From a virus (taxonomy: Duplodnaviria; Caudoviricetes), in IMG/VR virus record IMGVR_UViG_3300043399_000562, positions 1-61,311 of that record: a stretch of 61,311 bases of DNA; one strand, written 5' to 3'. The notes under the pieces are model-generated. The model made no database searches. It saw only the letters and a list, made by a program, of their open reading frames with translations, and was not told the DNA's origin. Both the position numbers and the translations under genes were made by a program. Shown piece after piece: positions 1 through 8,807 of the stretch (position 1 is its first letter; each line of letters begins with the position of its first letter).

Positions 1-127
1 CACCGCGACATCGTTTGCGCCAGTGATCAGGTGCTCCAGCACGTCAATGGGCGCGGGCGACTTCTACGAGCTGGCATCAATCACCGTCCAAGAAGTCATC
101 TACGACTGGTCCTGGCTCGGGGCCAAT
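1..127. repeat. 127-bp terminal direct repeat (identical to 61185-61311); circular assembly overlap
   Basis: caccgcgaca...ggccaat occurs at both ends and lies inside a continuous ORF; 127 is a common assembler k-mer length. Confidence 0.95.
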
Positions 128-1714
128 CTGGTCACGAACGGGGATTTCAGCAACGGCACGACGGGGTGGGCATCTTCATCCGGGTCTCCTGGCACTATCG
201 CTAATGTCAACAACGAGTGCCAGTACACCAAGACGGTTGCCACTGGAGCCGGTATCGTTGTCAGTATCGCCACTTCCACTACGGTTGGTAAGACCTACCG
301 ACTGACGGCGTCGTACCGTAAAGGCACAACTGCTGCAGATGGGTTTCTTTTCGCCAGCAACAATTCGGATGGCGGATCGGCTCACGTCAGCAGCCCAACG
401 ACCACTGGTGGAACTGTCTCTGTGGTGTTTTCCGCTACCGCGTCGACAACCTACGTCGGCGTGCGCGCAAATGGCATGCTTGTCGGGGATACGTATTTTA
501 CTGACAACATCACCTTTCAAGAAATCCCCGCGTACCCACTGGTAGCGCCGACCGCGGGCGGCGTGCGGCCGAGCGGGCGGTATAACCTGCTGCAGCGGAC
601 GGAGGAATTTGGAAATGCTTACTGGGCCAAAAACCGCGGCAGCATCACAAGCACCACGGAAGCCGATCCCCTCGGCGGATCTCGCGGCTGCACATATACC
701 GCAGACGGTACAAGCGGCAGCAAGTATGTCCTGAACAATTCGGCTCTGACCGCTCTAGGCGGGGCTTCCACGTTCAGGGTTTGGGTCCATGCTGGAACAA
801 GTTCGTTCTTCCAGATATTTTGGACTGGTGACGCAACTTCATACGTTAACTTCAATGCGTCTACGGGCGCAATCACGGCTCAAGCCGGCACTGTGTTGTC
901 GCCCGCCTGCGTAAGTGCTGGCGGCGGATGGTGGCTGATAACTGTCGGTAATACCTCAACTGCTGTGACTGGCGCAGGAGTTGGAATCATCGCCACGGGT
1001 GCAGATAGCCGCATCTTCAGCAACACGCTTGCGACTACCATAAAGCTGTTTGGCGCCGACCTCCGCCTCTCGATCTACACCGGCCCTGCTTACCCGGCAT
1101 ACCAGCGCGTCGGCGACGGCACCGGGGGCGTGTTCGACTATGACCATGTCGGCTTCCCGGTGTGGTGCGCGGCAGCGGCCAGCAACGCGGGTCTTCACAC
1201 GGTCGGGACGCTGGATCTGTCGGCAACAAACTCGGCCCGCCTTGGATGCGTCACGGCGAAGCTGAGTAATGATTTGTCGATTCTTGCCGAAATGTCGTCG
1301 GATTCTGACGCAAACAGCGGCACCCTTCAGATGCTAGCGCGCTCGGTCGATACGTATCGCTTCCGGTCGCGCGGTACGGGATCGGCAGCAAACGGCATCG
1401 CATCGGCGTCCACACTTTTCCCCGCGCCAGTCATCAACGCGATAACGGGCATTGGCAACATACCTGCCGACGTGTCACAGTTGCGCGTAAACGGCGCCCT
1501 TGTCGGGTTCGATACATCTGACCAAGGGGCTGGAAATCTCGGCAATTACCGCTATTACGCGTTCGGCCGCAACCTCGACGGCACCGCCAGCCTGCTCTAC
1601 ACGGGCCGCCTCGCCACTTGGGTGCCGCACATCGTCGATGCCAACAGCGTCGGCGAGTCGCAATTCGCTGACCTCATCCGCGAAGACGCGGCGGCTGTCG
1701 GCCTGATCTATTGA
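1..1714 (+). CDS. 3' part of a 768-aa virion spike/fibre-like protein (starts at 60592, wraps the origin)
   Basis: In frame with ATG at 60592 across the overlap; T/S/G-rich beta modules (LGANxVTNxxF twice; RYNLLQRTEEFGNAYW). Confidence 0.7.
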   Translation, partial: TATSFAPVIRCSSTSMGAGDFYELASITVQEVIYDWSWLGANLVTNGDFSNGTTGWASSSGSPGTIANVNNECQYTKTVATGAGIVVSIATSTTVGKTYRLTASYRKGTTAADGFLFASNNSDGGSAHVSSPTTTGGTVSVVFSATASTTYVGVRANGMLVGDTYFTDNITFQEIPAYPLVAPTAGGVRPSGRYNLLQRTEEFGNAYWAKNRGSITSTTEADPLGGSRGCTYTADGTSGSKYVLNNSALTALGGASTFRVWVHAGTSSFFQIFWTGDATSYVNFNASTGAITAQAGTVLSPACVSAGGGWWLITVGNTSTAVTGAGVGIIATGADSRIFSNTLATTIKLFGADLRLSIYTGPAYPAYQRVGDGTGGVFDYDHVGFPVWCAAAASNAGLHTVGTLDLSATNSARLGCVTAKLSNDLSILAEMSSDSDANSGTLQMLARSVDTYRFRSRGTGSAANGIASASTLFPAPVINAITGIGNIPADVSQLRVNGALVGFDTSDQGAGNLGNYRYYAFGRNLDGTASLLYTGRLATWVPHIVDANSVGESQFADLIREDAAAVGLIY

Positions 1715-1737
1715 TTCACCACCACGGGAGGTATCCC

Positions 1738-2139
1738 ATGAGCAATCAAGTCACCCCCATTCAGAACATCGCGTGGCAGTACGCGCCGGCAAAGCGTGCC
1801 GGCCGTTTCAGCGAGGGGTCGTGGACCTACCCGCGCCCTGGCTACGGTCGCATCAACATGCGGCTGCAGGAGGTCGTCGTTGACGAGCACGGAAACCCCA
1901 TCGTCATCGGCGATGTATCGCCTGTTCCGCTGTCGATGGACTTCACGCCTGCTGATCTGGGCGGCCCCAACCCGCTCGTGATCGTGTGGCACGACTATCT
2001 GACCGGATTGCCCGACCCGTCGCGCACCATGACCGCTGGTGAGTTCATGGGCTGGCAGTATTCGGCCGGACGCAGCCTCGTCGCGCGAACGCTCGATGCG
2101 ATGGTGCCGCCAGCGCAGGCCGAACAACAGCCCGAGTGA
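1738..2139 (+). CDS. Hypothetical protein in the head-module insertion
   Basis: ATG with GGGAGG SD. Confidence 0.7.
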   Translation: MSNQVTPIQNIAWQYAPAKRAGRFSEGSWTYPRPGYGRINMRLQEVVVDEHGNPIVIGDVSPVPLSMDFTPADLGGPNPLVIVWHDYLTGLPDPSRTMTAGEFMGWQYSAGRSLVARTLDAMVPPAQAEQQPE

Positions 2140-2143
2140 TCCT

Positions 2144-2605
2144 GTGCTGATTGCGAGCTACACGGCGATCAGGCCCGGTGCTCAGGGTCTGTTCAACCGC
2201 GCTGTCAAGTTGGGGCTGCGCATTCCGTACAGCCACAACGAACTTGTTTTCAGCGACGGAATGAGCGGCTCGTGCTCTTTCATCGACCAGGGCATTCGAC
2301 TCAAGCGGATCGAGTTTCAGGACGACAAGTGGCATTTCAGGAAGGTCGATCCGCGTTTCAGTGAAGATGCCGCCCGTGAGTTCTTCGAGCGTCAGGCTTT
2401 GCTGCCGACAAGTGAGCGAATCAAGTACAGCATCCCGCTGCTCTTCACGTTCGTCTTTCCATACCTGCCAATCAACGCGTCGGACGATCGCGAAGTCTGC
2501 TGTACCTGTATCGGCCGGGCGTTGGGTATCGAAGACCACCGTCGCTACGACCCGTATGAACTGCCGCTGCATGTGGCCGCGCAGTCACCGAGTCACTTTG
2601 TTTGA
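2144..2605 (+). CDS. Permuted papain-like (NlpC/P60-type) amidase-like protein
   Basis: His motif YSHNELVF precedes Cys motif EVCCTCIGRALG; GTG start uncertain. Confidence 0.55.
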   Translation: MLIASYTAIRPGAQGLFNRAVKLGLRIPYSHNELVFSDGMSGSCSFIDQGIRLKRIEFQDDKWHFRKVDPRFSEDAAREFFERQALLPTSERIKYSIPLLFTFVFPYLPINASDDREVCCTCIGRALGIEDHRRYDPYELPLHVAAQSPSHFV

Positions 2606-2679
2606 ACCGCGGTTCAACGGATTGGTGATAGTTCACCGAGTTGGAATACACTCGCGATCGTCGATACGCAAGGCAGAAC

Positions 2680-3987
2680 ATGAGTGAATACGCAGCGCGA
2701 GAAGCACTGAGCCGCATGAACATGCGGGAGGTGGCCATTGCTCCGTCGTACACGGGCCTGGTTGCCGATCTGCAGTCGTTGGCTTCGGTGAGCCAGAAAG
2801 ACGGACACGAGCAGTTCATGTCCCGTCGAGCCGAACTCTGCGCTGCGATGGGTTTTGACGCTCCGGTCCAGCGAAAGCCGTTCGCTTTTGCTGAAGGTCT
2901 GGCCATCATCCCGGTCAGCGGGACGCTGATCAACCGCTTCAATGGCAGCTACGGCAGCGTCACCGGCTACAACTTCATTCGCAGTCAGGTGATGGCTGCG
3001 ATGGCCGACAGCGAAGTCGCCGGCATCGTGTTCGATGTGAACTCCTACGGTGGCGAGGCGGCCGGCTGCTTCGAATGCTCGGACTGGCTCTACGGTCTGC
3101 GCGGCCAGAAGCCCATGCTCTCGATCGTCGACTCGAACGCCTACAGCGCGGCCTATGCGATCCCCAGCGCGACCGATCGCATGGTCGTCACGCCCACGGG
3201 CGGCGCCGGATCGATCGGCGTCGTGGCGATGCACGTCAACATGGCCGGCATGCTCGACAAGTGGGGCATCGAGGTCAGCTACATCTTCAGCGGCAAGCAC
3301 AAGGTCGATGGCAACCCCTACGAGGCTCTGCCCGACAGCGTGCGGGCGAACATCCAGGCCGGTGTGGACAAGGGGCGCGAGCAATTCGCGTCGCTGGTCG
3401 ATCGCAACCGGAACCTGAAGGGTGGCACTGCGAAATCAACCGAGGCAGCAACCTTCCGTGCCGACGAGGCCCTCTCGCTCGGACTCATCGATGCCGTCAT
3501 GTCGCCGAACGAAGCGGCGGTGGCATTTCTCCGCGAGCTTTCCGGCTCGAAGTCTCAACCATCTCGAAAGGGATCATCCATGTCGAAAGAAGACACCGGG
3601 CCGGCCACGACGGACAATGCCGCTGCCGCCCAGAACGAGGTCCGTCAGGCCGAGCGTGCCCGCATCGCGGGCATCACCGGCTGCGACGAGGCCAAGGGTC
3701 GCGAGAAGCTGGCGAACCATCTGGCCCTGAACACCGACCTGTCGGTGGACGCGGCCAAGTCGATCCTCGCCGCCGCCTCGGTCGAGAAGGTCGAGCAGCC
3801 CGCCCCCGCGGCGGCGCCGAAGGCCGGCGTCAACCCGTTCCAGCAAGTGATGGACGCCAGCAAGCACCCGAACGTGGGTGCGGATGCGGGTGGCGCCGAT
3901 CAGGGTGACGGCATGACCGCCGCCCAGCGCATCCTGGCCGATCACGCGGCCATGACCGGCACCAAGTACGACAAGGCCAAGGCGTAA
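2680..3987 (+). CDS. Prohead protease S49 (lambda gpC-like)
   Basis: DVNSYGGE, AYSAAYAI, GSIGV motifs; directly upstream of decoration and capsid genes. Confidence 0.92.
   Translation: MSEYAAREALSRMNMREVAIAPSYTGLVADLQSLASVSQKDGHEQFMSRRAELCAAMGFDAPVQRKPFAFAEGLAIIPVSGTLINRFNGSYGSVTGYNFIRSQVMAAMADSEVAGIVFDVNSYGGEAAGCFECSDWLYGLRGQKPMLSIVDSNAYSAAYAIPSATDRMVVTPTGGAGSIGVVAMHVNMAGMLDKWGIEVSYIFSGKHKVDGNPYEALPDSVRANIQAGVDKGREQFASLVDRNRNLKGGTAKSTEAATFRADEALSLGLIDAVMSPNEAAVAFLRELSGSKSQPSRKGSSMSKEDTGPATTDNAAAAQNEVRQAERARIAGITGCDEAKGREKLANHLALNTDLSVDAAKSILAAASVEKVEQPAPAAAPKAGVNPFQQVMDASKHPNVGADAGGADQGDGMTAAQRILADHAAMTGTKYDKAKA
3580..3987 (+). CDS. Nested in-frame scaffold protein (Nu3-like)
   Basis: Internal ATG with AAAGGGA SD; AERARIAGI...LANHLA scaffold-type sequence. 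Confidence 0.6.
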   Translation: MSKEDTGPATTDNAAAAQNEVRQAERARIAGITGCDEAKGREKLANHLALNTDLSVDAAKSILAAASVEKVEQPAPAAAPKAGVNPFQQVMDASKHPNVGADAGGADQGDGMTAAQRILADHAAMTGTKYDKAKA

Positions 3988-4032
3988 GCGGGCAGTCGAG
4001 TCACACCACTCTTCTTCAAGGAGATCCTCACC

Positions 4033-4389
4033 ATGACAGTGAACGACATCGCCGGCTACGACCTCGCCGGCACCTACACCCCCGAACTCATCTTCGCGGG
4101 TGACGAGCCGCCGAAGAGCGACGCGGCCCCGGCCCTGGCGAACCTGGCCAAGTACGAGGTGGCAGCCCTGACCGCCACGGGCGTCACCACCTTTGTCGTC
4201 GGCACGCACACCGCGGCGCAGTTGGTCATCGTGGCGCAGGCCACCACCACCGGCAAGCAGTGCCCGTACTTCAACGCCGGCAAGTTCAACCACGCAGCCC
4301 TGATCTGGCCGAACAACGCGGCCCTGGACACCTACGCAGAGCGTCGGGCGTTCTGCACGGGCACGGTCAAGGTCGGCCGCATCGCCTGA
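4033..4389 (+). CDS. Head decoration protein (lambda gpD-like)
   Basis: 118 aa between protease and capsid; GKFNHAALIWP. Confidence 0.85.
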   Translation: MTVNDIAGYDLAGTYTPELIFAGDEPPKSDAAPALANLAKYEVAALTATGVTTFVVGTHTAAQLVIVAQATTTGKQCPYFNAGKFNHAALIWPNNAALDTYAERRAFCTGTVKVGRIA

Positions 4390-4431
4390 CCGTCCGAACG
4401 CTCAACGTACACCGAGAGAGGAACCACCATC

Positions 4432-5487
4432 ATGGCTGGCAACATCTACGACACCACCACTCTGCTGGAAGTGCTCCGCGTCACGAAGACGCCCTCGCGC
4501 TTCTGGTTGCAGTTCTTCAACCGCCAGATCAACTTCGACACCGAGGACGTCGCCTTCGACAAGGTGTTCGTGGACGATCGCAAGCTGGCCCCGTTCGTCG
4601 TGCCCAACGTGCAGGGCCGCGTGATGGGCATGGAAGGCTACGAGACGTACTCGTTCAAGCCGGCCTACGTCAAGCCCAAGCACGTCGTCGATCCGAACAT
4701 GGTCATCCCGCGCATGGCCGGCGAGACGCTGGGCAGCGGCTCGATGTCGCCCGAGCAGCGCCGCAATGCGGTCATCGCCGAACTCCTGCGCCGCCATCGG
4801 GTGATGCACGAGAACCGCTGGGAGTGGATGGCCGCGCAGGCGATCATCACCGGCAAGGTCGTCGTCAAGGGCGAGGACTACCCCGAGGTGACCGTGGACT
4901 TCCGTCGTCACGCGTCGCTGACCGGCACCCTGTCCGGCGCCGCCAAGTGGGACCAGTCCACCGCCAACCCGCTGAACGATCTGAAGATCATGCGGGTCAA
5001 CGCGCACAACCGCAGCGGTGCGCGCGTGCAGCGTCACATCTTCGGCGCCGACGCCTGGGACATGCTGACCCAGCGCGTGAACCTGAAGGACATGATGGAC
5101 GTCAACTACCGCGGCGGCTACGGGACCAACGTCAGCCTGATGCTGGATGGCCTCGAAGGCATCGAGTACGTGGGCACCATCGTCGGCTCGAACGGCGGCG
5201 GCCGGCTGGAGTGCTACGTCAACACGGCGAAGTACATCGATCCGGACACGGGCAACGAGGAATTCTTCCTCGACCAGAAGACCGTGGTCGGCGTCAGCGA
5301 AGCCGTGCAGGGTGTCCGCTGCTTCGGCGCCATCAAGGACCGCAGCGCGGGCTACCGGCCGCTGCCGCTGTTCCCGAAGAACTGGGAGAACGAGGACCCG
5401 TCCGTCGAGTACCTCATGACCCAGGGCGCTCCGCTGATGGTGCCCGGCCAGCCGGACGCCACCTACAGCATCAAGGTCGCGACCTGA
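4432..5487 (+). CDS. Major capsid protein (lambda gpE family)
   Basis: LAPFVVP, FKPAYVKPK, C-terminal TQGAPLMVP; 351 aa. Confidence 0.95.
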   Translation: MAGNIYDTTTLLEVLRVTKTPSRFWLQFFNRQINFDTEDVAFDKVFVDDRKLAPFVVPNVQGRVMGMEGYETYSFKPAYVKPKHVVDPNMVIPRMAGETLGSGSMSPEQRRNAVIAELLRRHRVMHENRWEWMAAQAIITGKVVVKGEDYPEVTVDFRRHASLTGTLSGAAKWDQSTANPLNDLKIMRVNAHNRSGARVQRHIFGADAWDMLTQRVNLKDMMDVNYRGGYGTNVSLMLDGLEGIEYVGTIVGSNGGGRLECYVNTAKYIDPDTGNEEFFLDQKTVVGVSEAVQGVRCFGAIKDRSAGYRPLPLFPKNWENEDPSVEYLMTQGAPLMVPGQPDATYSIKVAT

Positions 5488-5493
5488 CCTGAT

Positions 5494-5515
5494 AGGGGTG
5501 GCTGCGGCCACCCCT
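5494..5515 (+). terminator. Hairpin after the capsid gene
   Basis: AGGGGTGGC-TGCG-GCCACCCCT; weak U tract. Confidence 0.45.
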
Positions 5516-5549
5516 TCGCCACTTCCATCACCTCGAACTGGAGATCCAC

Positions 5550-5771
5550 ATGCCCCAGATGATCCCCCTCCAAACCATCGTGCTGCACCGTGACGGCAAG
5601 CCCGTCGTGCCGACGATCGGCAAGCCGTTCCCCTTCACCGACGACGAGGTCGCCGAACTCGGGTCGGCGCTGCGTGCGCCCGTGAACGAGACGCCGGCCC
5701 CGGCTGCGGCCCCGGCCTCGGCGCCGGCCGCCAAGGTTGGCAAGGGCGGCAAGGGCGAAGAGTCGCTCTGA
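5550..5771 (+). CDS. Small head-associated protein
   Basis: GGAG SD; follows the capsid gene. Confidence 0.7.
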   Translation: MPQMIPLQTIVLHRDGKPVVPTIGKPFPFTDDEVAELGSALRAPVNETPAPAAAPASAPAAKVGKGGKGEESL

Positions 5772-5773
5772 CC

Positions 5774-6121
5774 ATGGCCGGCCTGTTTGCCGACGCTCGT
5801 GCGATGTCCCGTCGCGTGGTGCATGACACCATGTCCGTCGAGGCGAGCTACATCGCGCCTGGCGCGAGCGTCGGCACGCTGCTGAATGTTCGCCAGCCTC
5901 ACAAGATGGGGCTGGCGGGCGACATGTCGAATGACGGCTATCCGGAGGTGATGGTCGGCATCGACACCGTGATCTTTGATCGTGAAGAACTGGTTTCGAA
6001 GAGCGTCGTTCCCGTTCGACTCGGACGAGTCGTGCTGGGTGACGGCACTGTTCTAAGCCTGGAATCCCGTCATCCCTACGACGGACCCATCAAGGAAGTC
6101 TGGTCAGTGAGGTCGCTGTGA
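5774..6121 (+). CDS. Head-tail joining protein (gpFII-like)
   Basis: Position and size; RRVVHDTM. Confidence 0.65.
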   Translation: MAGLFADARAMSRRVVHDTMSVEASYIAPGASVGTLLNVRQPHKMGLAGDMSNDGYPEVMVGIDTVIFDREELVSKSVVPVRLGRVVLGDGTVLSLESRHPYDGPIKEVWSVRSL

Positions 6122-6732
6122 CCACGCTTGTCGAGATCGAGGGTCTGTCGGACGCGGCGCTCTACTTCAAGACGGTGCCCGAGATATCCGCGAAGGCGGC
6201 GTCCTTGGCCATCAACCAGACGCTTCAGCGTGGCGGCCTGAACCTCGCCCGCAAGACGATCGAGGAAGAGATCGCCTTCCCCAAGGGCTACCTGACCGGC
6301 GATCGTCTTGCACCGAAGAAGTTCGCGAAGCCGAACAACCTCGAAGGCTCGATCGTTGCACGCAAGCGGGCCACCAGCCTTGCCCGGTTCGCACAGGGCC
6401 AGCCGCTGAACAAGCCGGGAATCTCGGTGCGCGTCGGTCGCGACGCAGGCACCACCGTGCTTCGTGGTGCTTGGCTGGTGCGGCTGCGTCAGGGCGCTTC
6501 GCTGACGCAGGATCAGTACAACGTCGGCCTTGCCGTTCGCGTGAAGCCTGGCGACAAGCTGCGCAACAAGAAGATGGAGCACAAGAGTTGGCTTGTGCCC
6601 GGACGCGTTGCGCTGCTTTATGGTCCATCCGTCGATCAGGTCTTCCGTCAGGTGGCCGACGAGATCTCGATGCCAGTGGCAGACCTCGTTGCCGCTGAGT
6701 TCTTCCGTCAGTTCGAGCGACTGAGCAGATGA
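6118..6732 (+). CDS. Neck / minor tail protein (gpZ-like)
   Basis: AINQT and LYGPSVDQVF motifs; position. Confidence 0.7.
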   Translation: MTTLVEIEGLSDAALYFKTVPEISAKAASLAINQTLQRGGLNLARKTIEEEIAFPKGYLTGDRLAPKKFAKPNNLEGSIVARKRATSLARFAQGQPLNKPGISVRVGRDAGTTVLRGAWLVRLRQGASLTQDQYNVGLAVRVKPGDKLRNKKMEHKSWLVPGRVALLYGPSVDQVFRQVADEISMPVADLVAAEFFRQFERLSR

Positions 6733-7265
6733 CCACCACTGTACCGATCCGCCTGCTGATCCTGCAGCGTCTGCAGAACCTGATCGCCTCGATCGTCCCG
6801 ATCACGGGCGTCCATGCGTTCACGTTGGCCGGCAAGGTGCGCCGTGGCGTCATGCTGATCGGCGCCGACGCAATCGAGGACGCACCCCTCGTCTCGATCG
6901 TGGAGGCACCGCAGACCGACATCAACGCTGTCTTCACGCGCGACGATGCCATCGGTCGCACGGACATGTGGAACTTGTTCGTGCAAGGCGTCGTTCAGGA
7001 CGATCCCCTACATCCGACTGACTCCGCATACGCCCTGTGTGCCGCAGTCGAGTCGCAACTGTCTCTGGTGCTCGGCGCGGTCGATTCGGCCGGCCGGGAT
7101 CTCTACCCAGAACATCACATGCTCGGGGGCCTGATCGATCGGTTCGAGATCATGGCCCCCGTCGTGCGGCCACCGGAGACAGGGGTGTCATCGGTGGCCT
7201 TCTTCTACCTGCCCTTGCGGGTGGGCGTCTCAATGCCTGTCGGGCAGCCGTACACTACGGTTTGA
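6729..7265 (+). CDS. Tail terminator / completion protein
   Basis: Position before the tail tube gene. Confidence 0.6.
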   Translation: MTTTVPIRLLILQRLQNLIASIVPITGVHAFTLAGKVRRGVMLIGADAIEDAPLVSIVEAPQTDINAVFTRDDAIGRTDMWNLFVQGVVQDDPLHPTDSAYALCAAVESQLSLVLGAVDSAGRDLYPEHHMLGGLIDRFEIMAPVVRPPETGVSSVAFFYLPLRVGVSMPVGQPYTTV

Positions 7266-7313
7266 CTTTCCACAGGCGGCTATTCCGTCAACCTATCGGC
7301 AAGGAGATCCATC

Positions 7314-8102
7314 ATGGCTGGTCGCAACCAGAACATCACCAAGGGCAAGGGCAAGGTCTTCATCGAGGTCTACGACCCGGGCACGACCACCGGCCATGGC
7401 GAGCAGTATTTCGCCCAGACGACCGAGTTCAACCTCACCGTCGCGTCCGAGACGCAGGACGCGTACGACGCCGACGAGGGCATCAACACCCTGATCGAGC
7501 AGGCACTGACCCAGGTGGACGCCTCGGGCAGCCTGATCACGCAAGACATGAACATGGACAAGTGGAACCTGTTCGTGCTCGGTCTGGGGGCGCAGACCGT
7601 CAACACCGCTTCGGCCACCGGCAGCACGCAGACGCTGACCGACGTGCGTCGCGGTCGCTACTTCCAGTTGGGCGTGAGCGCCGGCACGCCGACCGGCGTG
7701 CGCAAGGCCACCGTCACCAGCGTCACCAAGGGCGGCACCCCGGTCACCGCTTCGGGCAACTGGACGCAGACCGCGCAGGACATCGAACTCGGCCGCATCT
7801 ACATCGAGTTGGCTGCCCCCGGCATCGCCGACGATGACGATCTGGTCGTCACCTACAACGTCGCGGCCAGCACCCGCACGTCGGTGGTGTCGAAGGACCG
7901 TCAGGTCCGCTGCGCGCTGCGCTTCGTCTCGGCCAACACCACGGGCGACCAGACCGACTTCTACATGCCGCTGGTCAACCTGATCCCCGATGGCGACGCT
8001 GCCCTCAAGGGTGCCGACTGGCAGACGCTGGGCTTCCGCTTCACCTGCCTGAAGCGTGACCAGAACACCGAGCGCGTCTACATCGACGGTCGCGCGGCCT
8101 GA
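7314..8102 (+). CDS. Major tail tube protein
   Basis: AAGGAG SD; KGKGKVF, LRFVSAN, PDGDAALKG; position. Confidence 0.85.
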   Translation: MAGRNQNITKGKGKVFIEVYDPGTTTGHGEQYFAQTTEFNLTVASETQDAYDADEGINTLIEQALTQVDASGSLITQDMNMDKWNLFVLGLGAQTVNTASATGSTQTLTDVRRGRYFQLGVSAGTPTGVRKATVTSVTKGGTPVTASGNWTQTAQDIELGRIYIELAAPGIADDDDLVVTYNVAASTRTSVVSKDRQVRCALRFVSANTTGDQTDFYMPLVNLIPDGDAALKGADWQTLGFRFTCLKRDQNTERVYIDGRAA

Positions 8103-8115
8103 CGAGGTGATCTGA

Positions 8116-8553
8116 ATGGGCCTCGCGGACTACACACCGCTGACCAGATCCGTCGCGTTTCGGCGTGGCGGATCGGTCGAAGTTCGCGGCTTGTCGCTCG
8201 ACGACATTGCCGTGCTCATGAACCTTTACCTCAAGGACATCGACGCGCTGTTTGGCCTGTACGACGAGAGTCGTGCGGCCGACGAGCGGGTGGCCGAGAT
8301 GGCGAGGTTCGCGGTGGTGCTGGTTCGTGAGGCCCCCGCGTTGGTTGGTCATGCGATTGCGCTGGCCGCCGACGAGCCCGACCAGATCGACAAGGCTCGG
8401 AAGATGCCGCTGCCGGTCCAGGTCGAGGTCGTGAAGAGCATCCTCGAACTCACCTTCGAAGAAGCCGGTGGCGCACGAAAGTTCTTCGAGAGTCTGGGCA
8501 GCCTTCTTCAGACGCTGGTCCCGGCGATGAAGAAGACGGACTCTCCCACCTGA
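8116..8553 (+). CDS. Tail assembly chaperone (gpG-like)
   Basis: VRGLSLDDI; between tail tube and tape measure genes. Confidence 0.85.
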   Translation: MGLADYTPLTRSVAFRRGGSVEVRGLSLDDIAVLMNLYLKDIDALFGLYDESRAADERVAEMARFAVVLVREAPALVGHAIALAADEPDQIDKARKMPLPVQVEVVKSILELTFEEAGGARKFFESLGSLLQTLVPAMKKTDSPT

Positions 8554-8807
8554 CAAGGGCACAGCGGGTCTACAGGACGCTGCGCAGCGATGCCAGCTTC
8601 CTACTCGCGGAAGGCCACGCACACGCAAGACGATACCCGCTCGTCGTGTTGTGGCAGGAAGCGCAGATCGCGCGGGAGCGGGTGAATCAGCGGCTGGCCA
8701 CAGAGACACTGCTGCTGGATGCTGTTGTCACGAAGGCCCTCTCAAGCGATCGATCTGGGTTCGAGAACCTCCAATCGATACTGAAGGGCCTGCGCAATGG
8801 CTGCTGA
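8478..8807 (+). CDS. -1 frameshift extension of the tail chaperone (gpGT-like)
   Basis: -1 frame is open from CGA AAG (8476-8481) to TGA at 8807, encoding ...LRSDASFLLAEGHAHARRYPL...; no ATG in this frame. Confidence 0.65.
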   Translation, partial: KVLRESGQPSSDAGPGDEEDGLSHLTRAQRVYRTLRSDASFLLAEGHAHARRYPLVVLWQEAQIARERVNQRLATETLLLDAVVTKALSSDRSGFENLQSILKGLRNGC

